Below, piece after piece: positions 11,447 to 21,871 of a DNA stretch of 64,000 bases. Where the stretch lies: positions 18,451 through 82,450 of the forward strand of contig CAZHJU010000008.1 of the NCBI GenBank assembly GCA_964533495.1. The letters are read 5' to 3'. The translations under genes were made by a program, and so were the position numbers. This DNA is from an uncultured Bordetella sp. Lineage in GTDB: Bacteria; Pseudomonadota; Gammaproteobacteria; Burkholderiales; SG8-41. The notes beneath the pieces are model-generated. The model ran no database searches. It saw nothing but the letters and a program-made list of their open reading frames with translations, and was not told the DNA's origin. How positions within the stretch are numbered: the first letter of the stretch is position 1; each line of letters opens with the position of its first letter.

Positions 11447-12913
11447 ATGCGCGTGGTGCAGAAAGCCCTGACTTTCGACGATGTGCTGCTGATTCCGGCA
11501 CATTCCTCGATCCTGCCGCGTGAAGTCAGCCTCAAGACCAAAATCACCCGCGGCATTTCCCTGAACATTCCGCTGGTGTCCGCCGCGATGGACACCGTGA
11601 CCGAATCCCGCCTGGCGATCGCCATCGCCCAGGAGGGCGGCATCGGGATCGTGCACAAGAACATGACGCCCAAGGCGCAGGCCGTCGAGGTCACCAAGGT
11701 CAAGCGCTTCGAAAGCGGCATCGTCAAGGATCCGATCACCATCACGCAGGACATGACGGTGCGCGATGTTCTCGCGCTGACCCAGCAGTACCGCATCTCC
11801 GGCCTGCCGGTCGTCGCGGCGGGCGGCAAGGTCGTCGGCATCGTCACCAACCGCGACCTGCGTTTCGAGCGCAAACTCAACCAGCCGGTCAGGAACATCA
11901 TGACCCCCCGCGAGAAGCTGATCACCGTGCGCGAGGGGGCGAGCCGGGAAGAGGCGCGCGCGCTGATGCACAAGCACCGGCTGGAACGCGTGCTCGTCGT
12001 CAACAGGAATTTCGAGCTGCGCGGGCTGGTCACCGTCAAGGACATCCTGAAATCCTCCGAACATCCAAACGCCTGCAAGGACAAGCTGGGACGCCTGCGC
12101 GTGGGCGCGGCGGTCGGCGTCGGTGAAGGCACGGAGGAGCGCGCCGAAGCCCTGGTGGAAGCAGGCGTCGATGTCATCATCGTCGATACCGCGCATGGCC
12201 ATGCGGACGGCGTGCTCAAGCGCGTGCGCTGGCTCAAGCGCACGTATCCGAAGCTCCAGGTCATCGGCGGCAACATCGCGACGGCGGCGGCGGCCAAGGC
12301 GCTGGTCGATCACGGCGCCGACGGCGTCAAGGTCGGCATCGGCCCGGGATCGATCTGCACCACGCGCATCGTCGCCGGCATCGGCGTGCCCCAGATTACC
12401 GCCGTGGCCAACGTGGCCAAGGCGCTGCAGAAAACAGATGTGCCGCTGATCGCGGACGGCGGCATCCGTTATTCCGGCGACATCGCCAAGGCGCTCGCCG
12501 CCGGCGCCTATTCGGTCATGGTCGGCAGCCTGTTTGCCGGCACCGAAGAATCGCCCGGTGAAATCGAGCTGTTCCAGGGGCGCTCCTACAAATCCTACCG
12601 CGGCATGGGTTCGCTGGGCGCGATGCAGCAAGGTTCCGCGGATCGCTATTTCCAGGAACATGACGAACTCGACACTGAAAAGCTGGTGCCCGAGGGCGTC
12701 GAAGGGCGGGTGCCGTACAAGGGCGGCGTGGCGCCGCTGATCCATCAGCTGATGGGCGGGCTGCGGGCCAGCATGGGCTACATGGGCTGCGGCAGCATCG
12801 ATGCCGTCAGGCGCGATGCCGAGTTCGTGGAGATCACCACGGCCGGGGTGCGCGAATCGCATGTGCACGACGTGCAGATCGTCAAGGAAGCGCCGAATTA
12901 CCGCGTCGAATGA
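11447..12913 (+). CDS. guaB: IMP dehydrogenase
   Basis: [20 protein letters not shown]...[11 protein letters not shown].... Tandem CBS region present. Confidence 0.97.
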   Translation: MRVVQKALTFDDVLLIPAHSSILPREVSLKTKITRGISLNIPLVSAAMDTVTESRLAIAIAQEGGIGIVHKNMTPKAQAVEVTKVKRFESGIVKDPITITQDMTVRDVLALTQQYRISGLPVVAAGGKVVGIVTNRDLRFERKLNQPVRNIMTPREKLITVREGASREEARALMHKHRLERVLVVNRNFELRGLVTVKDILKSSEHPNACKDKLGRLRVGAAVGVGEGTEERAEALVEAGVDVIIVDTAHGHADGVLKRVRWLKRTYPKLQVIGGNIATAAAAKALVDHGADGVKVGIGPGSICTTRIVAGIGVPQITAVANVAKALQKTDVPLIADGGIRYSGDIAKALAAGAYSVMVGSLFAGTEESPGEIELFQGRSYKSYRGMGSLGAMQQGSADRYFQEHDELDTEKLVPEGVEGRVPYKGGVAPLIHQLMGGLRASMGYMGCGSIDAVRRDAEFVEITTAGVRESHVHDVQIVKEAPNYRVE

Positions 12914-12970
12914 TCTGCATTCCTGCGCTCCCGGCGCAGGCCCCTGAAAACCAGCCGCAACGGTAACGCC

Positions 12971-14536
12971 GTGCATCACGAAAAAATACTGATCCTCGAC
13001 TTCGGCTCGCAATACACACAGCTGATCGCGCGCCGGGTGCGCGAGCTCCATGTCTACTGCGAACTCCATTCGCATGACGTCACGGAGGATTTCATCCGGG
13101 AATTCGGGCCGGGCGGCATCATCCTGTCCGGCGGGCCCAACTCCGTCTGGGAGGACAGCACGCCGCGCGCGCCGGGGCTGGTGTTCGAGCTGGGCGTGCC
13201 GGTGCTGGGCATCTGCTACGGCATGCAGGCCATGGCCGAACAGTTGGGCGGCAAGGTCGAGATGGGCCGGGTGCGCGAATTCGGTTATGCCGAAGTCCGC
13301 GCCCGCGGCCACACGGCGCTGCTGAAGGACATCCAGGACCGCGTCACGGCGGACGGCCACGGCATGCTCGACGTGTGGATGAGCCACGGCGACAAGGTCA
13401 TCGAAATGCCGCCGGGCTTCAGGTTGATGGCGAGCAACGCGACCTGCCCGGTCGCCGGCATGGCCGACGAGGCGCGGAAGTTCTATGCCGTGCAGTTCCA
13501 CCCCGAGGTCACGCACACGCCGCAGGGCAGGGCGCTGCTCGAACGCTTCGTGCTCGGCATCTGCGGGCTGTCCGGCGACTGGAGCATGCCCGACTACGTC
13601 GAAGAGGCGGTTGCGCGCATCCGTGGCGAGGTCGGCGGTGACGAGGTCGTGCTGGGCCTTTCCGGCGGCGTCGACTCCTCGGTGGCGGCCGCGCTGATCC
13701 ACCGGGCGATCGGCAAGCAGCTGACCTGCGTGTTCGTCGACAACGGCCTGCTGCGCCTGAACGAGGCGGAGCAGGTCATGGACACTTTCGCGCGCAACCT
13801 CGGCGTGAAGGTCGTGCACGTCGACGCCCGCGCCCAGTTCATGGGCCATCTGGCCGGAGTCACCGATCCCGAGCAGAAGCGCAAGATCATCGGCCGCGAA
13901 TTCGTCGAAGTATTCCAAGCCGAATCCGCGAAGCTGCCGAACGCGAAATGGCTGGCGCAGGGCACGATCTATCCGGACGTTATCGAGTCGGCCGGCGCCA
14001 AGACCAAGAAGGCGCACACCATCAAGTCGCACCACAACGTCGGCGGCCTGCCGGACACGCTGCACCTGAAGCTGCTGGAGCCGCTGCGCGAGCTGTTCAA
14101 GGATGAGGTGCGCGAACTGGGGCTCGCGCTGGGGCTGCCGCGCGACATGGTATTCCGGCATCCCTTCCCCGGACCGGGGCTCGGCGTTCGCATCCTCGGC
14201 GAGGTCAAGGCACAGTACGCCGATCTGCTGCGGGAAGCCGACGCGATTTTCATCGATGAATTGCGTGCATCCGGCTGGTATGACAAGACCGCGCAGGCTT
14301 TTGCGGTGTTCCTGCCGGTCAAGTCGGTGGGCGTGATGGGCGATGGCCGCACGTACGAATACGTCGTCGCGCTGCGCGCAGTGCAGACCACGGATTTCAT
14401 GACCGCGCACTGGGCCGAACTGCCGTACAGCCTGCTGGCCAAGGTGTCGAACCGCATCATCAACGAGGTGCGCGGCATCAACCGCGTGGTCTACGACATT
14501 TCGGGCAAGCCGCCGGCGACCATCGAGTGGGAGTGA
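12971..14536 (+). CDS. guaA: GMP synthase (glutamine-hydrolysing)
   Basis: 521 aa, ...[20 protein letters not shown]...[10 protein letters not shown]...[11 protein letters not shown] start. Confidence 0.97.
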   Translation: MHHEKILILDFGSQYTQLIARRVRELHVYCELHSHDVTEDFIREFGPGGIILSGGPNSVWEDSTPRAPGLVFELGVPVLGICYGMQAMAEQLGGKVEMGRVREFGYAEVRARGHTALLKDIQDRVTADGHGMLDVWMSHGDKVIEMPPGFRLMASNATCPVAGMADEARKFYAVQFHPEVTHTPQGRALLERFVLGICGLSGDWSMPDYVEEAVARIRGEVGGDEVVLGLSGGVDSSVAAALIHRAIGKQLTCVFVDNGLLRLNEAEQVMDTFARNLGVKVVHVDARAQFMGHLAGVTDPEQKRKIIGREFVEVFQAESAKLPNAKWLAQGTIYPDVIESAGAKTKKAHTIKSHHNVGGLPDTLHLKLLEPLRELFKDEVRELGLALGLPRDMVFRHPFPGPGLGVRILGEVKAQYADLLREADAIFIDELRASGWYDKTAQAFAVFLPVKSVGVMGDGRTYEYVVALRAVQTTDFMTAHWAELPYSLLAKVSNRIINEVRGINRVVYDISGKPPATIEWE

Positions 14537-14647
14537 TCTAAGGTCGTTTCAGACCATCTCGCTCTGCACCAAGAGTCGTGCGATCCCGTTGATTGGTAGG
14601 GATTATTTTCATTCTTGAAAATCCGTTTTCAAGGCCGATTCTTCGAT

Positions 14648-14881
14648 ATGATAGCCGAGCTTCTCAAGCTCAATGAGAAGACCGCCTACAAACTTGCTTT
14701 CGCGGGCGAGATTCCAGGCTTTAAGGTCAGCGGATCGTGGCGCTTCGAGCGGCAAAAAATCACAAACTGGATAAAGCGCAAGGTAGAAGAGCAGCAGGGG
14801 GCAACGGGGGAGCATGATGAACGAAGCGGACACATGCCGAAAATTCGTCGTGCCCAAGCTGCAATCGGCAGGGTGGGATAA
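14648..14881 (+). CDS. Small excisionase/MerR-like helix-turn-helix protein
   Basis: MIAELLKLNEKTAYKLAFAGEIPGFKVSGSWRFERQKITNWIKRK matches the HTH_17-type pattern (xGxIPxxKxGxxWRF). Lower-GC DNA. Its 3' end overlaps the hsdR stub. Confidence 0.5.
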   Translation: MIAELLKLNEKTAYKLAFAGEIPGFKVSGSWRFERQKITNWIKRKVEEQQGATGEHDERSGHMPKIRRAQAAIGRVG

Positions 14882-15110
14882 CGAACCCCATTCCATCGCC
14901 GAGCAGCGCACCATTACGGATGGCCGCGTCATTCCCGTGGGTAAAGGCTTTGTCCGCAAGCCGCCTAAGCGGGTGGACTATCTGCTGCGCTACACGCGGG
15001 ACTTCCCGCTTGCCGTGGTCGAAGCGAAGGCCAGCTACAAATCCGCGACCGATGCTGTTCAGCAGGCCCGCGACTATGCGGAAATCCTCAGTCTCAAATA
15101 CGCTTCCACG
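14814..15110 (+). pseudogene. hsdR: Type I restriction enzyme R subunit (HsdR), N-terminal stub only
   Basis: MNEADTCRKFVVPKLQSAGWDNEPHSIAEQRTITDGRVIP...VDYLLRY...LAVVEAKA...ARDYAEILSLKYAST is a typical HsdR N-terminus. Similarity stops near 15095-15110. Intact HsdR proteins, as I recall them, are many hundreds of residues longer. Confidence 0.75.
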
Positions 15111-15348
15111 GCAGCAGGCGCGGCTGCTGGAACATCACGGCCGGGTTGCGGAAGCCGTTCTCGATCGTGCCGGTGCGCAGGGTGAGCAGGCCGGCGGCAA
15201 GGTGCAGCAGCGTCGTCTTGCCGCAGCCGGAGGGGCCGATCAGGGCCAGCACGCGGCCGGCCGGCAGCACGAGATCGATGTCTTCGAGGACGGTTTTCAG
15301 GGCATAGGCGTGGCCGACGCCGGAAAAGCGCAGTTCAGGCGCGTTCAT
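15094..15348 (-). pseudogene. ABC transporter ATP-binding protein (NitT/TauT-like), truncated after 84 codons
   Basis: Walker A GPSGCGKTT and the Q-loop region MFQQPRLLPW are present. The ABC signature, Walker B and H-loop are absent. The reading frame runs into the hsdR stub. Confidence 0.8.
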
Positions 15349-16135
15349 GGTCCGCTTCGCGCCAGCGCTCCACCTCGCGCTTGACCGGTTCCAGCAGCAG
15401 GTATTCCACCGCCAGCAGCAGGCCGACGACGGCGCCGATCCAGGCCAGCGTCGAAGCGGTGTCGAGATGCGAGCGGCTGACGGCCAGCGCGGCGCCGACG
15501 CCGTCGCTGGAAGAGAGCAACTCGGCCATGACGACCACTTTCCACGAGGTGCCGAGCGCCGTGATCCAGGCTGGGAAAAGGTAGGACACCACGTGCGGCA
15601 GGTAGAGGTCGAAGAGTTTCATGGCGAGCGGCAGGCGGAACGCGCGCGCCATGTCCTTCAGATGATGGTCGAGCGTGCGCGCGCCCTGCAGGGCGCCAAC
15701 GAACACCACGGGGAAGCAGGCGATGAAGACGGTGAACACCGGTGTGCCGTCGCCGGTGCCGAACCACAGCATGGCCAGCACCAGCCAGGCGATCGGCGGC
15801 GTGCCGAGCAGCACGGTGACCAGCGGGCGCGACATCATCGAGGCCGTCATCGAGACGCCGGCGGCCAGACCGAGCAGGCTGCCGGCGGCGACTGCCAGGG
15901 CCAGCCCGGCCAATGCGCGGCGCGCGGTGACGGCCAGTTCCGGCCAGGCGACGCCGGAATCGACGAGGCCGGCGAGCGTGGTGAAGGTGCTCGCCGGATC
16001 GGGCAGGATCAGCGCGCCGTAGTGGGCGCTGGCGCCCTCCCAGGCTGCCAGCAGCAGGAACAGGCTGGCGAGGGCTCCCCAGCCGCTCCACAGATAGGCC
16101 GGCAGCCCGGTCAGCCATGCACGCAATAAACTCAT
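15335..16135 (-). CDS. ABC transporter permease (NitT/TauT family-like)
   Basis: MSLLRAWLTGLPAYLW... with multiple hydrophobic helices. Its end overlaps the ATPase start by 14 nt. Start set at the ATG at 16135 within ORF 15335..16801. Confidence 0.85.
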   Translation of the reverse strand: MSLLRAWLTGLPAYLWSGWGALASLFLLLAAWEGASAHYGALILPDPASTFTTLAGLVDSGVAWPELAVTARRALAGLALAVAAGSLLGLAAGVSMTASMMSRPLVTVLLGTPPIAWLVLAMLWFGTGDGTPVFTVFIACFPVVFVGALQGARTLDHHLKDMARAFRLPLAMKLFDLYLPHVVSYLFPAWITALGTSWKVVVMAELLSSSDGVGAALAVSRSHLDTASTLAWIGAVVGLLLAVEYLLLEPVKREVERWREADHERA

Positions 16136-17145
16136 TTCCCCCCGTAATAGAAATCGTCCGGCGGCAGCCTGCCGCCGACCAGCGCCGGCTGGCGGGCGTG
16201 CAACTGGCCGAAGAAGAATTCCAGTTCCGGCCGCGCCTCGCGCGCCGGCACGAAAGCGGTGTTGTCGGCGCGCACCGAATCGGCGACGCCTTCCGCCGTC
16301 AGCATGTCGACGTGCTTCGCCACCATGGCGCCGCACTCGTCCGGCTTCGCTTCGCACCACTGCAGCGAGGCGGCGTAGGCTTGCTGGAAGCGCTCGACCA
16401 GTGCCGGATTTCCGAGCGCCTGGCCCATGGCGGCGATGCCGGCCTGCGGGATGCGCGCCGGACGGGCGAACAGCCGACCCCATTCGCGCTGCAGGTCGAC
16501 GCTGCGGTGCAGCTCGGGCGCGATGAGGCTGGCCGGGAAGGACTTGGTCTTCCGCAGCGCCATCGACACGCCCGGCTCGGAGAGCAGAGCGTGATCGGCG
16601 CGGCGCATGACCAGGAGCTGCATGGCGTCCAGGGGCGTGGCGACGTAGCGCAGCCTGAAGTCGCGCTTCGGATCGAGACCGGCCTTTTCGGCCAGCGTAT
16701 GGAAGACGATGTCCGGCATGTCGGCACGGAAGGGCATCACCACCTCCTTGCCCTTGAAATCGGCCAGCGTCTTCGCGCCGCCGTCGCGCGACACCAGCCA
16801 CAGCACGCCCCAGGTGGAGACGTTGACCAGCCGCAGGCGCACGCCCCGGTTATAGAGGTTGGCGGCGACGTTGGTCGGCATGGCGATGAAGTCGATGCCC
16901 GCCTTGTCGTTGACGGCCAGCACGCGCAGCTGGTCGGGGTTCTTCCAGGGCACGAATTCGACGTGCTCGGCGACATCCTTCAGCGCGCCGCTCTCGGCAA
17001 TGTGGATGAGCGGATAGGAAACGGCGGCGAAGGGTCCGGCAAGAACGAGCTTCGGCAGGCGCTCGCCGGCGGCATGCGCGCCGTGGGAAAGCAACGCTGC
17101 GACCGCCAGCAGGCAGCCGCCGAGGACATGGCGCAGCCGGCGCAT
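16132..17145 (-). CDS. ABC transporter periplasmic substrate-binding protein (NMT1/SsuA-like)
   Basis: Signal peptide MRRLRHVLGGCLLAVAALLSHGAHAA. About 337 aa. The start overlaps the receptor stop (TGATG). Confidence 0.75.
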   Translation of the reverse strand: MRRLRHVLGGCLLAVAALLSHGAHAAGERLPKLVLAGPFAAVSYPLIHIAESGALKDVAEHVEFVPWKNPDQLRVLAVNDKAGIDFIAMPTNVAANLYNRGVRLRLVNVSTWGVLWLVSRDGGAKTLADFKGKEVVMPFRADMPDIVFHTLAEKAGLDPKRDFRLRYVATPLDAMQLLVMRRADHALLSEPGVSMALRKTKSFPASLIAPELHRSVDLQREWGRLFARPARIPQAGIAAMGQALGNPALVERFQQAYAASLQWCEAKPDECGAMVAKHVDMLTAEGVADSVRADNTAFVPAREARPELEFFFGQLHARQPALVGGRLPPDDFYYGGK

Positions 17146-19220
17146 CAGAAATTGCCCTTCCAGGTGAGGACCAGGCTGCGACCGGGCATGTGGATCTCCT
17201 GGCCGGAGATGCCTTCGGTCAGGTGTTCGTGGTATTCGCGGTCGAAGAGGTTCTTCGCGGCGATGCGCAGCGACTGGTTTTTCGCGTAGCGCCAGGTGGC
17301 GCCGACGTCGGCGGTGGCGAAGCCCGGGGTCTTGTTTTCGCTGCCGCGCGAGAAAACCGTCGCCACGCGGTCCTGCCCGCGCACGAAGCGGCCGGTGACG
17401 TCCATCGTCCAGTTCGGTGCGATGCCGCCCTCCCAGCCCAGGGACAATTCGTCGGCCGGCATCTGGAACAGCGGCTCGCCGAGCTGGTTGTTGGTGCCGC
17501 GCACGAAGGAGAGGCCGGCCTTCAGCCAGTGGCCGTGCCAGGCCTGCCACTTGCCCTGGGCCTCGAAGCCGTGCAGGGTGACCTTGTCGATGTTCACCGT
17601 TTCCTTGCAGGCGGCGGCATTGGCCGGGCCGCAGACGGCGTTGGCGCGCGGCGTGCCGGAAATGTCGAGGCCGGACATGTAATCGGTGATGCGGTTGCGC
17701 CACAGCGCCACCTGGTAGCCGGCGCGCGCGCTGCTTCCCTTCAGGCCGATCTCGAACTGGGTCGAAATCTCCGGCCTGATCTGCGGGTTGCCGGCGTAGT
17801 AGTAGCCGTCGCCGCGCGGCGAGGATTCGTAGCGCTCGCGCATCTCGCCGGCGCGGAATCCGCGCGAAAGGTTCGCATAGGGCCGCAGCAGCGGGGCGGC
17901 TTCGTAGATGGCGCCGAGGCTGCCGGAGAAGGCGCTGTCGCGGCGGTCGAGGTTGTTGGTGATCCGCAGCGCCGGATTGGCCGGATTGGCCATCGCGGCG
18001 GCTTCGCCCTTCACCATGTCGTGGCGCAGCGCGGCGAGCACGTTGAGCCTGCCGAAGCGCATGTCGTCCTGCAGGTACAGGCCAAAGGCGTTGATGCGGC
18101 CATCGGCGAAGGGGTCGCTGCGTGCAGCAACGAAGGCCGGCGGCGAAGAGAGGAATCGTTCAGGCGAGGCGCCCATTTTCCAGAGGTTCGTGCCGAAGGA
18201 CAGCAGGTGCTGCGGATGCACCAGCCAGTCGGCCTTGGCGTCGAGGCCGTCGGTCGTGAAGAAGACGTGGGTCTGCGAGACGTCGAGGTTGCGCGCATTC
18301 GACCAGGCGTAGATGCGGCGTTCCATCTCCTGGCGGTAGACGCGGACGTCGAAGTTGAGCGGCGAATCGCCGCCGCCCCTGCGGTTGTAGCCGATCTCGG
18401 CCAGCGTACGCGTCTGCTTCGGCGAGTGCACCGTGGTGCTGGCCACCAGCGGGCTCGGGTGCGGCCGCGTCGAGCCGGGGTACCACACATCTTCATCCGT
18501 GTGCTGCTGCAGCGAGAAGCGCAGCTGCTGGGCGCCGTCGATGCGGAAGCGGTACTGGCCGATGAAGCTGTCGGAGTCGTAGCCCGTGCGGCCGACGCGG
18601 CCGTCCGGCGCCCTGTAGTCGTCGATGCGGGCGAGCGAGGCCCCGACCATCAGGGCGTGTTCGCCGCCGGAGACGTTCAAGACGCCGGTGCCGCGCATGC
18701 CGCGGCTGGCGGAATCGTAGCTTGCCGCCGTGCTGAACTTCACGCCCGGCTCGAAGCGAGCCTGCGGCAGCAGCACGTTGATGACGCCGCCGAGCGCACC
18801 GGTGCCGTAGAGCACCGAGGCGGGACCCTTGACGACTTCGATGCGCTCGGCGAGTCCCAGCGACATGAAGGAGGCAACGGCGCCCGCCGGCTGGGCGGAG
18901 TTGAGGCGCATGCCGTCGACCAGCAGCACCACGCTTTCTTTTTTCAGTCCGCGGATGACCGGATTCTGTCCCTGCGCGCCGTCGCTGGCGACGGCAAGTC
19001 CCGGTTCGCCGCGAAGGGCCTCTCCGGGATTCTGCGCATTGCGCCTGAGGAGCTCGTCGCGTTCGAGTGCGATCGTCGAAACAGGGGTTTCGAGATCTTC
19101 TGCCGCATAGCCCTTCGCGGTGACGTTGACGGGGGCTAAAACGGTTTCGGCGAAAACCGGGGTGCCGGCACAGAAAGCCAGAATGGCTGTGGCCAGCGTT
19201 CGCTTGTCGAGAGGGTGCAT
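17145..19220 (-). CDS. TonB-dependent outer-membrane receptor
   Basis: Signal peptide, plug region ...NPVIRGLKKESVVLLVDGMRLN...IEVVKGPASVLYGTGALGGVINV, and a C-terminal ...LVLTWKGNF ending in an aromatic residue. Start set at MHPLDKRTLATAIL. Confidence 0.9.
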   Translation of the reverse strand: MHPLDKRTLATAILAFCAGTPVFAETVLAPVNVTAKGYAAEDLETPVSTIALERDELLRRNAQNPGEALRGEPGLAVASDGAQGQNPVIRGLKKESVVLLVDGMRLNSAQPAGAVASFMSLGLAERIEVVKGPASVLYGTGALGGVINVLLPQARFEPGVKFSTAASYDSASRGMRGTGVLNVSGGEHALMVGASLARIDDYRAPDGRVGRTGYDSDSFIGQYRFRIDGAQQLRFSLQQHTDEDVWYPGSTRPHPSPLVASTTVHSPKQTRTLAEIGYNRRGGGDSPLNFDVRVYRQEMERRIYAWSNARNLDVSQTHVFFTTDGLDAKADWLVHPQHLLSFGTNLWKMGASPERFLSSPPAFVAARSDPFADGRINAFGLYLQDDMRFGRLNVLAALRHDMVKGEAAAMANPANPALRITNNLDRRDSAFSGSLGAIYEAAPLLRPYANLSRGFRAGEMRERYESSPRGDGYYYAGNPQIRPEISTQFEIGLKGSSARAGYQVALWRNRITDYMSGLDISGTPRANAVCGPANAAACKETVNIDKVTLHGFEAQGKWQAWHGHWLKAGLSFVRGTNNQLGEPLFQMPADELSLGWEGGIAPNWTMDVTGRFVRGQDRVATVFSRGSENKTPGFATADVGATWRYAKNQSLRIAAKNLFDREYHEHLTEGISGQEIHMPGRSLVLTWKGNF

Positions 19221-19280
19221 GCCAGTCTCCTGAAGACGGTTGGAGCTGGCTGGCGGTGGCTGGCTGCTGAATGACGTCAT

Positions 19281-19316
19281 TTTGCATAAATGAGAAGTAT
19301 TCTTATTTGATGCAAA
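19281..19316. promoter_or_regulatory. AT-rich 36-bp palindromic operator candidate upstream of the TonB-dependent receptor
   Basis: TTTGCATAAATGAGAAGTATTCTTATTTGATGCAAA. The outer arms TTTGCAT/ATGCAAA are perfect and the inner arms are GAGAA..TTCTT. It lies 61-96 nt upstream of the receptor ATG. Confidence 0.45.
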
Positions 19317-19610
19317 TCAAATGGCAGCCCGAAGTTTGGGAGATGCGGTGACGGAGCCGGATTCAGTGCGGAACATCGCACTCGACAGCATCGTGCATGG
19401 CGTCGAGTGCGATACAGAGAGTGTCGTGGCGGTAAAAATCAACGTATAAACGTTTAAAATAAACAGGTTATGTCGTTCGATACCAGTTCGATCGACGATA
19501 AAGCCGACGATAAAATGTCCGTATATGGAAAAGGGCTTTCGATGGAACGACGGTTTGCCGGAACCGTTGGTGACAGGGTGGGAATGAATTCCGGTAAAGG
19601 AGTCTGAAAT

Positions 19611-19964
19611 TTGGCCATTATGTTGTACGGCATACGCAACTGCGATACGGTCAAGAAGGCACGCGCCTGGCTCGATGACCGGAAAATCGAATATGGTTTC
19701 CACGACTACAAGGTCGCGGGCATCGACCGCGAGCGCCTGCAGGGCTGGTGCGGGGAACTGGGCTGGGAAACACTGCTCAACCGCGCCGGCACCACGTTTC
19801 GCAAGCTGCCGGAGGCCGAGAAGCAGGGGCTGGACGAGCGCAAGGCCGTGGATTTGATGCTGAAGCAGCCGTCGATGATCAGGCGGCCGGTTCTCGACAC
19901 CGGCAAACAGAAACTGGTCGGCTTCAAGCCGGAACTTTACGAGCGCGCCGTGCGCAAAGGCTGA
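19611..19964 (+). CDS. ArsC/Spx/YffB-family protein
   Basis: M(AI)MLYGIRNCDTVKKARAWLDDRKIEYGFHDYK...MIRRPVL. The start is either the TTG at 19611 or the ATG at 19620. Confidence 0.85.
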   Translation: MAIMLYGIRNCDTVKKARAWLDDRKIEYGFHDYKVAGIDRERLQGWCGELGWETLLNRAGTTFRKLPEAEKQGLDERKAVDLMLKQPSMIRRPVLDTGKQKLVGFKPELYERAVRKG

Positions 19965-20902
<938 letters not shown>

Positions 20903-21105
20903 TCAAATAGTTACATATTCCACCTATTTCCATGCAACGCATCATGGCGCACGGAAGGGCTGGAATTTCTCATCCTTTTTTGTAAAAACCGTTTGAAAAC
21001 ATATAGATGTCGCTGGCATCCGCAATTATTGTGCATCGCGCCAGATTGGATTAAATTGTGCACCGCAAACTGCCGTAACCGGCAGTCAACCCATAAAGGC
21101 GACGC

Positions 21106-21846
21106 ATGCGACTCAAAAACAAGGTAACCATCATCACCGGTGCCGGCAGGGGCATTGGCCAGGCAACCGCCATAAAGTTTGCCCGCGAGGGCGCCAAGAT
21201 CGTGGTCTGCGACCTCACGCCGGAGTGGATCGATCAGACCGTCGCCCTGTGCAAGGAAGCCGGCGCCGAAGCCATCGGCTGCGTCGCCGACGTGCGGGAC
21301 CTCCAGTCGCTGCAGGCCATGGTCAAGACCACGCTGGACCAGTGGGGCCGCGTGGATTGCCTGGTCAACAACGCCGGCATCGTCATGGATGCGCAGCTCA
21401 AGAACATGAGCGAGGAGCAGTTCGACCGCGTCCTCGACATCAACCTCAAAGGGGTCTTCAACTGCACCAAGGCGGTCGTCGACAAGATGCTCGAGCAGCA
21501 ATCGGGCGTGATCCTCAACGCGTCATCGATCGTCGGGCTTTATGGCAATTTTGGCCAGACCAACTACGCCGCCAGCAAGTTCGGCGTGATCGGGATGATG
21601 AAGACCTGGGCGCGGGAACTGGGGCGCAAGGGCATCCGCGCCAATGCGATCTGTCCGGGGTTCATCGCCACCGACATCCTCAAGTCCATGCCGGACCGGG
21701 TGCTGCGCGCGCTGGAAGAAAAAGTGCCGATGGGCCGCCTCGGCAAGCCGGAGGAAATCGCCAACACCTTCGCCTTCCTGGCTTCCGACGAAGCCAGCTA
21801 CATCAACGGCGCGGTCATCGAAGTCAGCGGCGGCCTGACGATCTGA
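21106..21846 (+). CDS. Short-chain dehydrogenase/reductase (FabG-like)
   Basis: TGAGRGIGQA, NNAG, and the YAASK catalytic motif. 246 aa. Confidence 0.9.
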   Translation: MRLKNKVTIITGAGRGIGQATAIKFAREGAKIVVCDLTPEWIDQTVALCKEAGAEAIGCVADVRDLQSLQAMVKTTLDQWGRVDCLVNNAGIVMDAQLKNMSEEQFDRVLDINLKGVFNCTKAVVDKMLEQQSGVILNASSIVGLYGNFGQTNYAASKFGVIGMMKTWARELGRKGIRANAICPGFIATDILKSMPDRVLRALEEKVPMGRLGKPEEIANTFAFLASDEASYINGAVIEVSGGLTI

Positions 21847-21871
21847 ACGTTCCGGAGCGGCGGCTGACGGT

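Noticed and set aside
14537-15100. A duplicated guaA 3' end (att-type direct repeat) marking an island boundary.
   Set aside because: I could not find a repeat of the last roughly 25 nt of guaA in the 560 bp before the breakpoint. The distal boundary was presumably deleted.
19281-19316. Calling the palindrome a bona fide Fur box.
   Set aside because: Hand alignment to GATAATGATAATCATTATC gives only partial identity. I kept it as a generic operator candidate.
19221-19610. Cobalamin or TPP riboswitch upstream of the TonB-dependent receptor / NMT1-like ABC operon.
   Set aside because: On the correct (minus) strand I found none of the core motifs: GGGAA..GGTG, GCCACTG, a B12 box, or CUGAGA/ACCUGA. 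The partial matches AGCCCGAAG and GGGAGATGCGGTGA lie on the plus strand and in the wrong order. This needs an Infernal scan to be definitive.
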